A stretch of 64,000 nucleotides of DNA, taken from the NCBI GenBank assembly GCA_041690395.1, contig JAWLHJ010000002.1, positions 500,751 through 564,750 on the forward strand. The letters run 5' to 3'. The DNA is from Longimicrobiales bacterium. Lineage in GTDB: Bacteria; Gemmatimonadota; Gemmatimonadetes; Longimicrobiales; Gaopeijiaceae. Below are positions 1 to 9,841 of this stretch, one piece after another (the stretch's first letter is position 1; every line of letters begins with the position of its first letter). The position numbers and the translations under genes were made by a program. The notes under the pieces are model-generated. The model ran no database searches. It was not told where the DNA came from and was given only the letters and a program-made list of their open reading frames with translations.

Positions 1-108
1 GGCCGTCGTGGCCGTCGTGGCCGTCGTGGCCGTCGTGGCCGTCGTGGCCGTCGTGGCCGTCGTGGCCGTCGTGGCCGTCGTGGCCGTCGTGGCCGTCGTG
101 GCCGTCGT
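1..108. repeat. Perfect 9-bp tandem repeat (GGCCGTCGT)x12, truncated by the window start
   Basis: Read directly. Minus strand reads CAC GAC GGC (His-Asp-Gly). Confidence 0.97.
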
Positions 109-124
109 CAGCGTGCGCGTCCAT
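1..124 (-). CDS. Partial ORF (runs off the left edge) with His-rich N-terminus MDAHADDG(HDG)11+; probable copper-related protein
   Basis: ATG at 124-122 lies 5 nt after the copB stop, preceded by GAAGGGT. The frame is open to the window edge. Not in the ORF track. Confidence 0.7.
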   Translation of the reverse strand, partial: MDAHADDGHDGHDGHDGHDGHDGHDGHDGHDGHDGHDGHDG

Positions 125-129
125 ACCCT

Positions 130-858
130 TCAATACCAGGCCCGAACCCCGAAGACCAGGCTTCCTTCACGGTACGGCGCACCGAAGGTGCGCATCAGGT
201 CGGCCGTATCCCCGAAGGACCGGTGCCAGGTGTATCCGACGTAGGGGGCGAACTCCCGCTTGATCTCGTACCGGAGCCTCGCACCCAACTCGAAGTCGTG
301 CACACCGGACCCGATGCCCCACTCGGGCACGTCCTGGACCGCGAGCCCGACCTCGATCTCCGGCTCCAGGATCAGGCTCTGCGACAGCAGGACGTCGTAC
401 GCGGCACCGAGCTCGGCGCTCACGTTTCCGTCCGAGTCAACGAACACCGACGACTCGACCTCGAACCAGTAGGGTGCCAGGCCCTGAATGCCGAGGGCCA
501 GATGTGGGCGGGTCTGGCCGCCGCCGCCCCACGCGTGGTCCACCCTCACGCCCATCTGGAGGTCCCACCAGGGCGACACCAGCCGGCTGAAGAGGAGCTG
601 GGCCTCCACGTCACCTTCCGACTCACGCGTCGACGCCTCACCGCCCACCTTCACCCAGAGTCGATTGAAGTCGCCCCCGTACCAGCCCTCGGCATCGAGC
701 AGGATCGGCTTCTCACCGAAGCCGGGCGCCTGCTCGAGATCGTTCACCATGAGGAACAGATAGTTCATCTGGTCCATGGTCTGAGCGCGGATAGGCATGG
801 CCCATGCCAGCGCGAAGGCCAGAAATGCGGGTATCCAACGAAGGGTCGGGGATCTCAT
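130..858 (-). CDS. copB: Copper resistance protein B (outer-membrane, CopB/PcoB family)
   Basis: Signal peptide; motifs WYGGDFNRLW, GIQGLAPYWFEVE, LRYEIKREFAPYVG; C-terminal GVRAWY; overlaps the copA stop by 4 bp. Confidence 0.92.
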   Translation of the reverse strand: MRSPTLRWIPAFLAFALAWAMPIRAQTMDQMNYLFLMVNDLEQAPGFGEKPILLDAEGWYGGDFNRLWVKVGGEASTRESEGDVEAQLLFSRLVSPWWDLQMGVRVDHAWGGGGQTRPHLALGIQGLAPYWFEVESSVFVDSDGNVSAELGAAYDVLLSQSLILEPEIEVGLAVQDVPEWGIGSGVHDFELGARLRYEIKREFAPYVGYTWHRSFGDTADLMRTFGAPYREGSLVFGVRAWY

Positions 859-2840
859 CGCGTGCCCTCCGATCCGCCACGGTGATGGCCCGCTCCACCC
901 GGCTCATGAGCACCTTCCCCATGCGGTGCGTGCCCATCCTCCCCGACCTCCACGACCCTGAACATACCCGCGTCCATGTGATAGAGGACGTGGCAGTGGA
1001 ACGCCCACGGTCCGGGCGCGTCGGCCGTGACCAGGACGGAGAGCTTCTCGGCCGGCTGGACGTTGATGGTGTGCTGGCGCGGAATCGCCGTGCCCTTCCC
1101 GTTCTCGAGCTCCATCCACATCCCGTGGAGGTGCATGGGATGGTTCATCATGGTGTCGTTCACCATGGTGATGCGGACCCTTTCCCCCAGCCGCAAGCGG
1201 ATCGGCTCGACCTCGGAGAAGGTCTTCCCGTCGATGGACCACATGAAGCGCTCCATGTTGCCCGTGAGATGGAGCTCGATCTCCCGCTCCGGCGGCGCCA
1301 GATGATGCGCGGGGTGGGGCGACTCGAGGTCGGCGTAGGTGAGGACGCGCCAACCGTCGTTACCCAGCCCGACACCCGGCTCGTGGAGACGGCTCATGAC
1401 CTGGTCCGGCACGCTGGCGTTCGCGGGGCCGTGGCTGTCGGGTCCGTGCGCGACCATGGGCGGCACCGTACCGGGGGCGCGGAGGCCAGCCCCGGCTTCC
1501 ATGCCCTGCATGTCGTGGCCGGCATGCGGGTCCGGCACGGGAGCCGGCATGTCGTGGCCGGCGTGAGGATCGGGGTCGGCCGCCGGCATGTCGTGGCCGG
1601 CGTGAGGATCGGGGTCGGCCGCGGGCATGTCGTGGGCGGCGTGCTCGTCGGCCGCGCCCCCGCCCATGTCGTGCCCCTCGTGGTCCATGCCCATGTCGGC
1701 CATCGTGAGGAGCGGGCGCTCGCGGCGGGGCGGAACGTCGGCACGCATGCCCTCGCGGGGTGCCAGCGTACCGAGCGCGTACCCGCTGCGGTCCATGGCT
1801 TCGGCGAACAAAGAGTACGCACGATCCTCGCGTGGCTCGACGATGACGTCGAACGTCTCGGCGATGGACAGCCTGAGCTCGTCGGTCTCCACGGGCTTCA
1901 CGTGCTGGCCATCGGCCTGCACGACGGTCATGGGCAGCCCGGGGATTCGAACGTCGAAGAACGAGGCCGCCGACGCGTTGATGAGGCGGAGCCGCACCCT
2001 CTCGCCGGGCTGGAAGAGGCCCGTCCAGTTCTGCCCGGGAGCCATCCCGTTCATCAGATACGTATACGTGGCGCCCGTCATGTCGGAGATGTCCGTGGGG
2101 TTCATTCGCATGCCGCCCCACATGAGCCGATCCTCGACGGCCGCCCCCACTCCTCGCTCCCCCGCGTCACGGAAGAAGTCGAAGAGCGTCCGCTTCTGGC
2201 GGTTGTAGTAATCGGGCCGCTTCTTCAGGCGCGCCATTATCCGGTGCGGGTCTTCGAACGTCCAATCGGACAGGATGACCACGTAGTCGCGGTCGTACTC
2301 GAAGGGCTCGGGCTCCTCGGGGTCGATGACGAGCGCGCCGTACTGCCCGAGCTGCTCCTGGAAGCCCGAGTGGCTGTGGTACCAGTAGCTTCCGTACTGC
2401 TCGACGGGGTATCGATACTCGAAGGTCTCCCCCGGACGGATGCCCGGGAAGCTCACCTGCGGCACGCCGTCCATGTCGAACGGGAGCAGGATCCCGTGCC
2501 AGTGGATGGACGTGTCCTCGTCGAGCGTATTGGTCACCCGGATGACGGCCTCGTCACCCTCCTTGAAGCGCAGGATGGGGCCGGGGAGCGTCCCGTTGAT
2601 GGTGGTCGCGTGGCCCATCCGATCGCCGATGGGCACGGATACCCGGCCGATGGTCAGGTCGAGCGGACCGGCGCTTCCGTCGAGCACCTCCGGGCTGCGC
2701 GCTGCCAGGTCGCCTCCGGCCCGAGCGTACCTCGGCAAGAGGGCATCGAGTCCGGCGAGCGCCCCCAACGCGGCACCGGCGCGCAGGAAGTGTCGGCGGT
2801 TCAGATCGAAATCGAACGAAGAGCTCAAGGGATTCCTCAC
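855..2840 (-). CDS. copA: Copper resistance multicopper oxidase (CopA/PcoA family), Tat-exported
   Basis: NRRHFL twin-arginine signal; HWHG, WYHSH, HPMHLHG and HCHVLYHMDAGM copper motifs; His/Met-rich insert. Confidence 0.95.
   Translation of the reverse strand: MRNPLSSSFDFDLNRRHFLRAGAALGALAGLDALLPRYARAGGDLAARSPEVLDGSAGPLDLTIGRVSVPIGDRMGHATTINGTLPGPILRFKEGDEAVIRVTNTLDEDTSIHWHGILLPFDMDGVPQVSFPGIRPGETFEYRYPVEQYGSYWYHSHSGFQEQLGQYGALVIDPEEPEPFEYDRDYVVILSDWTFEDPHRIMARLKKRPDYYNRQKRTLFDFFRDAGERGVGAAVEDRLMWGGMRMNPTDISDMTGATYTYLMNGMAPGQNWTGLFQPGERVRLRLINASAASFFDVRIPGLPMTVVQADGQHVKPVETDELRLSIAETFDVIVEPREDRAYSLFAEAMDRSGYALGTLAPREGMRADVPPRRERPLLTMADMGMDHEGHDMGGGAADEHAAHDMPAADPDPHAGHDMPAADPDPHAGHDMPAPVPDPHAGHDMQGMEAGAGLRAPGTVPPMVAHGPDSHGPANASVPDQVMSRLHEPGVGLGNDGWRVLTYADLESPHPAHHLAPPEREIELHLTGNMERFMWSIDGKTFSEVEPIRLRLGERVRITMVNDTMMNHPMHLHGMWMELENGKGTAIPRQHTINVQPAEKLSVLVTADAPGPWAFHCHVLYHMDAGMFRVVEVGEDGHAPHGEGAHEPGGAGHHRGGSEGTR
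1509..1643 (-). repeat. 39-bp coding tandem repeat (about 3.5 copies) encoding HAGHDMPAADPDP
   Basis: CATGTCGTGG(C/G)CGGC recurs at 1509, 1548, 1587 and 1626. Confidence 0.93.
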
Positions 2841-2935
2841 AGGGTGTCGAAACCGGAGCGGGCCAGGCCCGCACGGGCAGGGATTTCAACTGCCTGAAGG
2901 AAACACACTCACGCTTAAGGCATCGTGAACGCCGG

Positions 2936-2951
2936 ATGAAGGATTCTTAAT
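2936..2951 (-). promoter_or_regulatory. Putative heavy-metal response-regulator box upstream of copA (ATGAAGGATTCTTAAT)
   Basis: One mismatch to ATGAA-N6-TTCAT; about 95 nt upstream of the start; similar sites at 3895 and 10228. Confidence 0.6.
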
Positions 2952-3807
2952 CCGCGAAGTGCGCACGGTGATCCCGGGCGAACGCCTCGATGGTCCGTGC
3001 ACGGCGACCGGTCAGTCGCTCGACGTCGTCCGTGACCCGTGCCGCCTGACCGTCCGCGACGCCTTCGGCCATCAGGAGCAGGTCCTCGACCAGCCACGAG
3101 GGAAGCCCCTGTCCGAGCATCGCTTCGCGCGCGGCCGTGCCGGGAATGGGGACGTACGTGACGGGCTTGCCGAGGACGGCCCCGAGGACGTTCGCAACGT
3201 GTCCATGGGAGATGGGTTCGGGGCCGGTGAGCGTGTAGACCGCCCCTTCGTGACCGCCGGGGTCGGCGAGCAGCGAGGCCGCCGCACTCGCGACGTCCCT
3301 CGCGTCGATCAAGGGGAGTCGACCTCGACCATACGGCGCATACAGGGTCCCCGCCGTACGGATCGTAGCGGCGTGCATGAAGAGATTCTGCATGAACGAC
3401 CCGGGCCGCAGCACGGAGAACGGGACGCCCGACGCTCGCAGGTGGGCCTCCGACCGCCCGTGCTCCCGGCCGAGCGTGAGGGGTGAGTCGAGGTCGGCTC
3501 CGAGGGCGGACGACTTCAGGATATACCGCGCTCCCGCCCGGGCGGCCGCGTCCACGAGGTTCCCCTCGAGCACGCTGAGATCGTCGGCGACCGCCGTCAG
3601 GACGAAGACCGCATCGGCTCCCTCCAGGGGACCCTCGAGGGTGTCGGGTCGGGCCAGATCGGCTTCCCGGACCTCGACGCCCGGCCCGAAGCGAGGGCGA
3701 GCCCGCCGGGGATCGCGGGTGAGCGCGCGGCACGGCAGCCCGCTCTCACGGAGGAGGTGCACGAGCTCGGTGCCGATAGTCCCGGTGGATCCACTGACGA
3801 CGATCAT
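2947..3807 (-). CDS. NmrA-like / atypical SDR NAD(P)-binding oxidoreductase
   Basis: N-terminal VSGSTGTIG Rossmann motif; LRPGSFMQN; IDARDVA; YTLTGPE. Confidence 0.88.
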   Translation of the reverse strand: MIVVSGSTGTIGTELVHLLRESGLPCRALTRDPRRARPRFGPGVEVREADLARPDTLEGPLEGADAVFVLTAVADDLSVLEGNLVDAAARAGARYILKSSALGADLDSPLTLGREHGRSEAHLRASGVPFSVLRPGSFMQNLFMHAATIRTAGTLYAPYGRGRLPLIDARDVASAAASLLADPGGHEGAVYTLTGPEPISHGHVANVLGAVLGKPVTYVPIPGTAAREAMLGQGLPSWLVEDLLLMAEGVADGQAARVTDDVERLTGRRARTIEAFARDHRAHFAD

Positions 3808-3894
3808 GGGGTCTTCCTCCCACGTGTGCGAAGGCGCCGCAATGCGGCACCGAAAGGATGGATTCCGTGCCTCACCTCGGCCATATCGAGAGCG

Positions 3895-3910
3895 CTGAAA
3901 GGACGTTCAT
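3895..3910 (-). promoter_or_regulatory. Putative response-regulator box upstream of the NmrA-like gene (CTGAAAGGACGTTCAT)
   Basis: Same 16-bp motif, about 88 nt upstream of the start; overlaps the cusA stop codon. Confidence 0.5.
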
Positions 3911-6900
3911 GCACTTCGTGAGTCGGACCACCGCGCCCGGAGTCCCCGCTCTCTCCAAAGCGAGTACAGCACCGGTACCACGAGCAGGGTGAGCAGCGTC
4001 GCCGAGAGCATCCCGCCGACCATGGGCGCGGCGATACGCTTCATGAGCGCCGCCCCCGTGCCGCCACCCCACATGATGGGCAGGAGCCCGAGGATGATGG
4101 ACATCGAGGTCATGAGCACCGGACGGACACGCTCCCCCGCCCCCTCCCGGACGGCGTCGAAGAGCTCGGACCGGCTTCTCAGCCGCCCTTCGCTGTCATG
4201 TCTGTGGTACGCCTCGTCCAGGTACACGAGCAGCACGACCGCGATCTCGGCCGCGACGCCGGCCAGGGCGATCAGCCCCACCCACACTGCGACCGACATG
4301 TTGTAGTCCAGGGCCCAGAGCAGCCAGAAGCTCCCCACCAGCGCGAAGGGCACGGAGAGCATCACGATGAGACTCTCGGTCACGCTCCGGAAGTTGAGAT
4401 AGAGGAGCAGGAAGATGATGGCGAGGGTGATGGGCACGACGACGCGCAGCGTACGGCTCGCACGCTCCATCGCCTCGAACTGACCGGACCACTCGATGCG
4501 GTACCCCTCGGGCAGCGTCAATCGCTGGTCGAGAAGACGTCGGGCATCGGCCACGTAGCTCCCGATATCGCGCTCACGCACGTCCACGTAGACGATGCTG
4601 TTGAGAAGACCGTTCTCGCTCTTGATCATGGGCGGCCCACCGGCGAATCGGATGTCGGCCAGCTGCGCCAGCGGGACCTGCGCCCCCGTCGGCGCGGCGA
4701 CCAATACGCGCCCGATGGCCTCCGGGTCGTCCCGCAGCTCGCGCGCATAGCGGACGTTCACGCTGTATCGCTCCCGGCCCTCGACGGTGCGCGTGACGTT
4801 CACCCCTCCGACGGCGGCCATGATCGTATGCTGGACGTCGGCCATTCCGAGGCCGTATCGCGACGCCGCCCGGCGGTCCACGTCGATCTCCAGGTACCGC
4901 CCGCCGATCGCGCGCTCGGCGAACACGGATGCTGTGCCGTCGACACCGGGCAGGAGGCCCTCGATGTCCTGTCCGATGCTCTCGAGCGTTCCCAGGTCCG
5001 AACCGAAGATCTTGATGCCCACGGGGGTCTTGATGCCCGTGGCGAGCATGTCGAGCCGGTTCTTGATGGGCATCGACCACATATTGGCCACCCCTGGCGT
5101 GCGCACCGCGACGTCCATCTCGGACACCAGCGAATCGAAGTCCACGCCCGGACGCCAGTCCTCCTCCGGCTTCAGGATCGCGATGGACTCGAACATGGAC
5201 AGAGGAGCCGGGTCGGTCGCGGTGTCGGCGCGCCCGGCCTTGCCGAGCACGAGCTCGACTTCCGGTACGCTCAGCATCGCCCGGTCCCGCTGTCGGAGTA
5301 TCCGTACGACCTGACCGGTCCCGATGCCGGGAAACACCGAGGGCATGTCCATGATCGACCCTTCGACGAGGGGCGGCATGAACTCGCTTCCGAGCCGGCC
5401 GAACGGCACGATGGTCACCAGCAGCAGCGCCAGAGCACCGCCCAGCATCGGGATCCGGTGTCGGAGCACGAAGTGGAGGGCCGGCCGGTACAGGGCCAGC
5501 GCGACGCGGTTGATGGGGTTCTTCCCCTCCGGTCTCACCTTGCCCCGGATGAACATGCCCATCGCCACCGGCACGAAGGTGATGGCCAGCAGCGCCGAGG
5601 CGCCCATGGCCAGGGTCTTCGTCAGGGCCAGAGGCGTGAACAGCCGGCCCTCCTGCGCTCCCAGAAAGAAGATGGGAACGAAGCTCAGCGTGATGATCAG
5701 GAGGGACACGAAGATGGCGGGGCCCACCTCCTTCGACGCGTCGGCGGCGAGGGTCCACCGGTCCCGGGTGCCCCCCTCCCGCGCGTCGCGCTCCATGTGC
5801 TTGTGCATGTTCTCGATCATCACGATCGCCGCGTCGACCATGGTGCCGAGGGCGATGGCGATGCCGCCGAGGCTCATGATGTTGGCGTTGACCCCGAGCC
5901 AGCGCATGACGAGAAAGGCCATGAGCACGCCGATGGGGAGCGTGACGATGGCGACGAGAGCACTCCGCGCGTGCAGCAGGAAGAGCATCGTCACGAGGGC
6001 GACGATCAGGCTCTCCTCGAGCAGCTTCTCCCGGAGGGTCTCGATGGCCCGGTGGATGAGGCCGCTCCGGTCATATCCCACCACGATCTCGACGCCTTCG
6101 GGCAGGGAGGCCTGGATCTCGACCATACGCTCCTTGACCCGCTCGATGACGTCGAGAGGGTTCTCGCCGAAGCGCATGACGACGATGCCACCGGTGACCT
6201 CGCCCTGGCGCACTTCCCCGTCCTCGCCGCGCCAGGCCATGTCGGCCATCCCCCGGCGGATCTCGGGGCCGATCCGGACGCGGGCCACATCGCCAACGGT
6301 GATGGGCGTGCCGCCCGGCGCGACGCCGACGGACACCGACGCAACGTCCTCGACGGAGCCCAGGTACCCGAGGCCGCGGACCATGTACTCGCTGCCGCCC
6401 AGCTCGAGCACCCGGCCACCCACGTCGAGATTCGACTCACGAAGCGCCCCGACGACGCGAGAAAGCGGGATCCCGTAGGCGAGCAGCTGCTCGGGCTCCA
6501 GCTCGACCTGGTACTGCTTCTCGAACCCCCCCAGCGTCGCCACCTCGCTCACCCCGGGGACCGCCGTGAGCTGGTAGCGGACGGTCCAGTCCTGGAGGCT
6601 TCTCAACTCCGCGTTGTCGAGGGTGCCGCTGTGGTCGAGGAGCACGTACTGCATGACCCAGCCCACCCCGGTGGCGTCCGGGCCGAGCCGGGGCCGGACG
6701 GCCTCGGGGAGCTGGTCCCCGATCCCGCTCAGATACTCGAGCACCCGCGCCCGGGCCCAGTACATGTCGACATCGTCCTCGAACACGACGTACACGAAGG
6801 ACCGGCCGAACTGGCTGATGCCTCGCACGTACCGCATCTCGGGGACCTTGAGCATCTCCGTCGAGAGCGGGTACGTCACCTGGTCCTCGATCACCTGGGG

Positions 6901-7071
6901 AGCCTGCCCCGGCCACTCCGTCTCGATGATGACCTGGACGTCGGACAGATCCGGAATCGCGTCCACCGGGGTGGTCAGCATCGCCCAGGTCCCTGCGCCC
7001 GTCGCCGCGACCGTACCCAGCACGACGAGGAACCGATTCGCCATCGACCACTCGATGATGCGCCTGAGCAC
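3907..7071 (-). CDS. cusA: CusA/CzcA family heavy-metal efflux RND permease (Cu/Ag type)
   Basis: 1054 aa; DAIPDLSDVQVII, LGPDATGVGWV, MVDAAIVMIEN, RVRPVLMT; Met triad equivalents (DMPS, PLSMFE, RLDMLATG). Confidence 0.95.
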   Translation of the reverse strand: MLRRIIEWSMANRFLVVLGTVAATGAGTWAMLTTPVDAIPDLSDVQVIIETEWPGQAPQVIEDQVTYPLSTEMLKVPEMRYVRGISQFGRSFVYVVFEDDVDMYWARARVLEYLSGIGDQLPEAVRPRLGPDATGVGWVMQYVLLDHSGTLDNAELRSLQDWTVRYQLTAVPGVSEVATLGGFEKQYQVELEPEQLLAYGIPLSRVVGALRESNLDVGGRVLELGGSEYMVRGLGYLGSVEDVASVSVGVAPGGTPITVGDVARVRIGPEIRRGMADMAWRGEDGEVRQGEVTGGIVVMRFGENPLDVIERVKERMVEIQASLPEGVEIVVGYDRSGLIHRAIETLREKLLEESLIVALVTMLFLLHARSALVAIVTLPIGVLMAFLVMRWLGVNANIMSLGGIAIALGTMVDAAIVMIENMHKHMERDAREGGTRDRWTLAADASKEVGPAIFVSLLIITLSFVPIFFLGAQEGRLFTPLALTKTLAMGASALLAITFVPVAMGMFIRGKVRPEGKNPINRVALALYRPALHFVLRHRIPMLGGALALLLVTIVPFGRLGSEFMPPLVEGSIMDMPSVFPGIGTGQVVRILRQRDRAMLSVPEVELVLGKAGRADTATDPAPLSMFESIAILKPEEDWRPGVDFDSLVSEMDVAVRTPGVANMWSMPIKNRLDMLATGIKTPVGIKIFGSDLGTLESIGQDIEGLLPGVDGTASVFAERAIGGRYLEIDVDRRAASRYGLGMADVQHTIMAAVGGVNVTRTVEGRERYSVNVRYARELRDDPEAIGRVLVAAPTGAQVPLAQLADIRFAGGPPMIKSENGLLNSIVYVDVRERDIGSYVADARRLLDQRLTLPEGYRIEWSGQFEAMERASRTLRVVVPITLAIIFLLLYLNFRSVTESLIVMLSVPFALVGSFWLLWALDYNMSVAVWVGLIALAGVAAEIAVVLLVYLDEAYHRHDSEGRLRSRSELFDAVREGAGERVRPVLMTSMSIILGLLPIMWGGGTGAALMKRIAAPMVGGMLSATLLTLLVVPVLYSLWRERGLRARWSDSRSA

Positions 7072-7073
7072 GG

Positions 7074-8288
7074 TCAGCTCCCCATCTGGGCCATCATGGC
7101 ACGCATCACCTCGGCGAGATTGGACTCGGAATCGAGGAGGAACTGGGCCGAGGTGACGACCCGTGCTCCGGGCTCGACACCGGAAAGGACCTGGACGAGG
7201 TCACCGCCTCGCGCTCCGACCCGAAGCTCGTGGGGCATGAGCTCGCCTCCGCCCATGTCCACGAAGACGACCGCCCGCTCTCCGGTGTGGAGCACCGCGG
7301 ACGCCGGCACGGTGAGCATCCCGCCGAGCTCGGCGGCCATCCCGACGGTGGCGTACATCCCGGGCTTCAGCACACCACCCTGGTTGGGGAGCACCACACG
7401 GGCCCGCATGGATCGGGTACGGTCCTCCAGCGTCGGGTAGACGTACTCGACCCGGCCCTCGAACGTCCGGTCCGGCAGCGCGGCCACCTCGACGTCCGCG
7501 CGCATGCCCTCACGAACCCAGGCGACGTCGGACTCGAAGACCTCCGCGGTGACCCACACCTCGGACAGCCCGGCGATCACGTACAATGTGGTGCCCGGCT
7601 GGAACGCCTGTCCTTCGGACACACGCTTCTCCATCACGATGCCCGTCGCCGGCGCGAGCAGGGTCAGGCTCTTACGGACCTCTCCCGTCTCCAACAGCCC
7701 GTCGATCTGCGCCGAGGAGATGTCCCAGTACTCGAGCCGGCGCCTGGCCGAGGCGAACAGGTCGCCCGCGCCGGTACCGACCTGCTCCAGCTCGCTGTCT
7801 CCGACGTCGTCGACCATCCGGGCGGCGAGAAGGAGCTCTTCCTGGGCCGTCACCAGCTCGGGCGCGTAGACGTCGAGCAGCGGCTCGCCGGCACGTACGG
7901 CCTGTCCGGTGAAGTCGGCGTGCAAGGCCTCCGCCCACCCTCCGAACTTGGGCGCCACATAGGCCACCCGGGTCTCGTCGAACTCCACGACGCCGACGGC
8001 GCGCACGGTCCTGGTGAGGGGTCGCACCTCCGCGCTTCCGAACGTGATGCCGAACGTCTGGAGGTCCTCGGGGCTGAGCCGGATGGTCCCATCCATGTCC
8101 ATGCCCGCCATATCCCCGCCCGAATCCGGCTCCTGCATGCCCTCCATGTCGTGACCGGCGTCCATGGCGCCGGGGTCGGAGGCCGCACCGGAGTCATCAC
8201 CACCACACGCGCCCGAGAGTAGCAGAAGGCCCACCAGCATGCCCACGACGCCGGTTCGTCCCAGCCTGATTCCCGTCGTCCTGTTCAT
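7074..8288 (-). CDS. cusB: CusB-like RND periplasmic adaptor (lipoprotein)
   Basis: Lipobox LSGAC; Met/His-rich N-terminus; YAPELVTAQEE, YVYPTLE, LKPGMY, AQFLLDSESNL. Confidence 0.92.
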   Translation of the reverse strand: MNRTTGIRLGRTGVVGMLVGLLLLSGACGGDDSGAASDPGAMDAGHDMEGMQEPDSGGDMAGMDMDGTIRLSPEDLQTFGITFGSAEVRPLTRTVRAVGVVEFDETRVAYVAPKFGGWAEALHADFTGQAVRAGEPLLDVYAPELVTAQEELLLAARMVDDVGDSELEQVGTGAGDLFASARRRLEYWDISSAQIDGLLETGEVRKSLTLLAPATGIVMEKRVSEGQAFQPGTTLYVIAGLSEVWVTAEVFESDVAWVREGMRADVEVAALPDRTFEGRVEYVYPTLEDRTRSMRARVVLPNQGGVLKPGMYATVGMAAELGGMLTVPASAVLHTGERAVVFVDMGGGELMPHELRVGARGGDLVQVLSGVEPGARVVTSAQFLLDSESNLAEVMRAMMAQMGS

Positions 8289-9640
8289 CGCAGCACCTCC
8301 GTGCCCACGGCGCGCTCGAGCGCGGCCAGATTCGTTGCGAAGTCGGCCAGGAGCCGATGATAGTCGAGCTCGTGGCGGAACAACGTGACCTGCGCATCGA
8401 GCAGTGTGAGAAAATCGACCCCGCCGACCCGGTACGCCGCGGTGGCCGAGGAGAGTCCGGTGCGCGCCTGCGGCAGAATCCCTTCCTCGAGTAGCGTGAG
8501 CTGGTCGCGAGCGCGGCGGAGGTCCGCCACGAGCGAAGCGATCTCGCCGTTCACCGCGTCGATCCGGGCGCTCAAGGACGAGCGCGACTCTTCCACGCGC
8601 GCCTCCGCCTCCACCACGCCCTGGTCCTGCTTACGTCCGGCGAAAATCGGGAGCGGGGCGGACACCATGACGCTGACGAAGTCGCCGAGCCCCCCCTGGC
8701 GGAAGCTGTACGACGCCGACACGCTCACATCGGGTCGCTTCGCCACGCTCGCCAGAGCCCGCTCCCGCTGCTGGGCCACCGTCCCGAGCTCCTGGGCCCG
8801 GATGTCGGGGTTGTGCTCGAGCGCGAGCCGCTGAAGCTCCCGGACGTCCGGCAGCGACCCCGCCCCGTCCGGCTCCGGAGGCGAGGCCGCCGACGGATCG
8901 CCCAAAGTCACGGAGGTGAAGGCCGGGGCCTCGCCCCCGCCCGCGAGCGCCGCGGCCCGCACGCCTTCCGGCAGCTGCGTACTCAGCACCGGCGTGTCCG
9001 TGGCCCGCCCCAGCAGCGCGTTCAGCCGCGCTGCGGCCCTCGCCCTCCGCTCGCGCAGGATCACCCGCTGGTCGGCGAGACGCGTCCGCTCGATCTGGGC
9101 CTTGAGCACATCGGGCTGTCGCCCTGATCCGACCGCATAGTGCGATGCCGTGAGGTCCGCGAGCCGCCCGAGGAGGGTCCCGTTCCGCGTCGTGACGGCG
9201 AGGGCCCGATCCACGAAGTAGATCTCGAAGTAGGCCGCCTTCACGTCGGCCCGAACCTGGTTCCGGGCGCGGCGGACATCCCATTCGGCGGCCTCTGCCC
9301 GCACCGCCGCCGCGTCTTCCCGCAGTCCGAGCTTGCCCGGCCATGGAAGGCGGGTCGACAGCTGCAGCTGGGTCATCGTCATCATGTCGTTGCCCAGTCC
9401 CGGATCGCTCACGGGGACGTTCATGAAGCCGATGCCCAACATCGGATCGGGAAGCGCTCCCGCCTGAGGCACGCGTGCGGCGGCGCCCTCGGCAGCGCTC
9501 CGGGCTGCGGCGATTCGGGGGCTCGCCGAGTCGGCTTCCGTCAAGACGGACCGGAGGGTGGTCGTCTGCGCCCGCGCGTCGTGCGCATGCGCGGCAGCCC
9601 CACTCACCAGGAGCAGAACGAAGATGGCAACGCGGATCAT
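8285..9640 (-). CDS. TolC family outer-membrane efflux protein
   Basis: Start taken at MIRVAIF (9640, with GAGAGGA upstream); ALPDPML, YRVGGVDFLTLLDAQ, LERAVG; overlaps the cusB start. Confidence 0.9.
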   Translation of the reverse strand: MIRVAIFVLLLVSGAAAHAHDARAQTTTLRSVLTEADSASPRIAAARSAAEGAAARVPQAGALPDPMLGIGFMNVPVSDPGLGNDMMTMTQLQLSTRLPWPGKLGLREDAAAVRAEAAEWDVRRARNQVRADVKAAYFEIYFVDRALAVTTRNGTLLGRLADLTASHYAVGSGRQPDVLKAQIERTRLADQRVILRERRARAAARLNALLGRATDTPVLSTQLPEGVRAAALAGGGEAPAFTSVTLGDPSAASPPEPDGAGSLPDVRELQRLALEHNPDIRAQELGTVAQQRERALASVAKRPDVSVSASYSFRQGGLGDFVSVMVSAPLPIFAGRKQDQGVVEAEARVEESRSSLSARIDAVNGEIASLVADLRRARDQLTLLEEGILPQARTGLSSATAAYRVGGVDFLTLLDAQVTLFRHELDYHRLLADFATNLAALERAVGTEVLR

Positions 9641-9841
9641 GTTGGGAGTCCTCTCGGTCGTGACTCGATCATCGATCGTCGGGCGTCGCGACACGCCCGG
9701 ATGCGGATGACGGTGGGCGGCATGGACGGGCGCCGAGGCGCCCCGACGCCCCCCGGGGGCTACCGCCCAGACGAGCCGAGGGAGGCGGGGGCCGTGCACC
9801 CCGAGCCCAGCATCGGACTCCAGGGGCACGGCCGGGCCCGC

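Noticed and set aside
8..244. Plus-strand (VVA)n ORF
   Set aside because: Antisense reading of the repeat; it overlaps copB. The minus-strand HDG frame has a start codon and fits the context.
9641..9841. N-terminal extension of tolC or a small ORF in the gap
   Set aside because: The signal peptide and RBS point to 9640; the other frames are Arg/Pro-rich noise.
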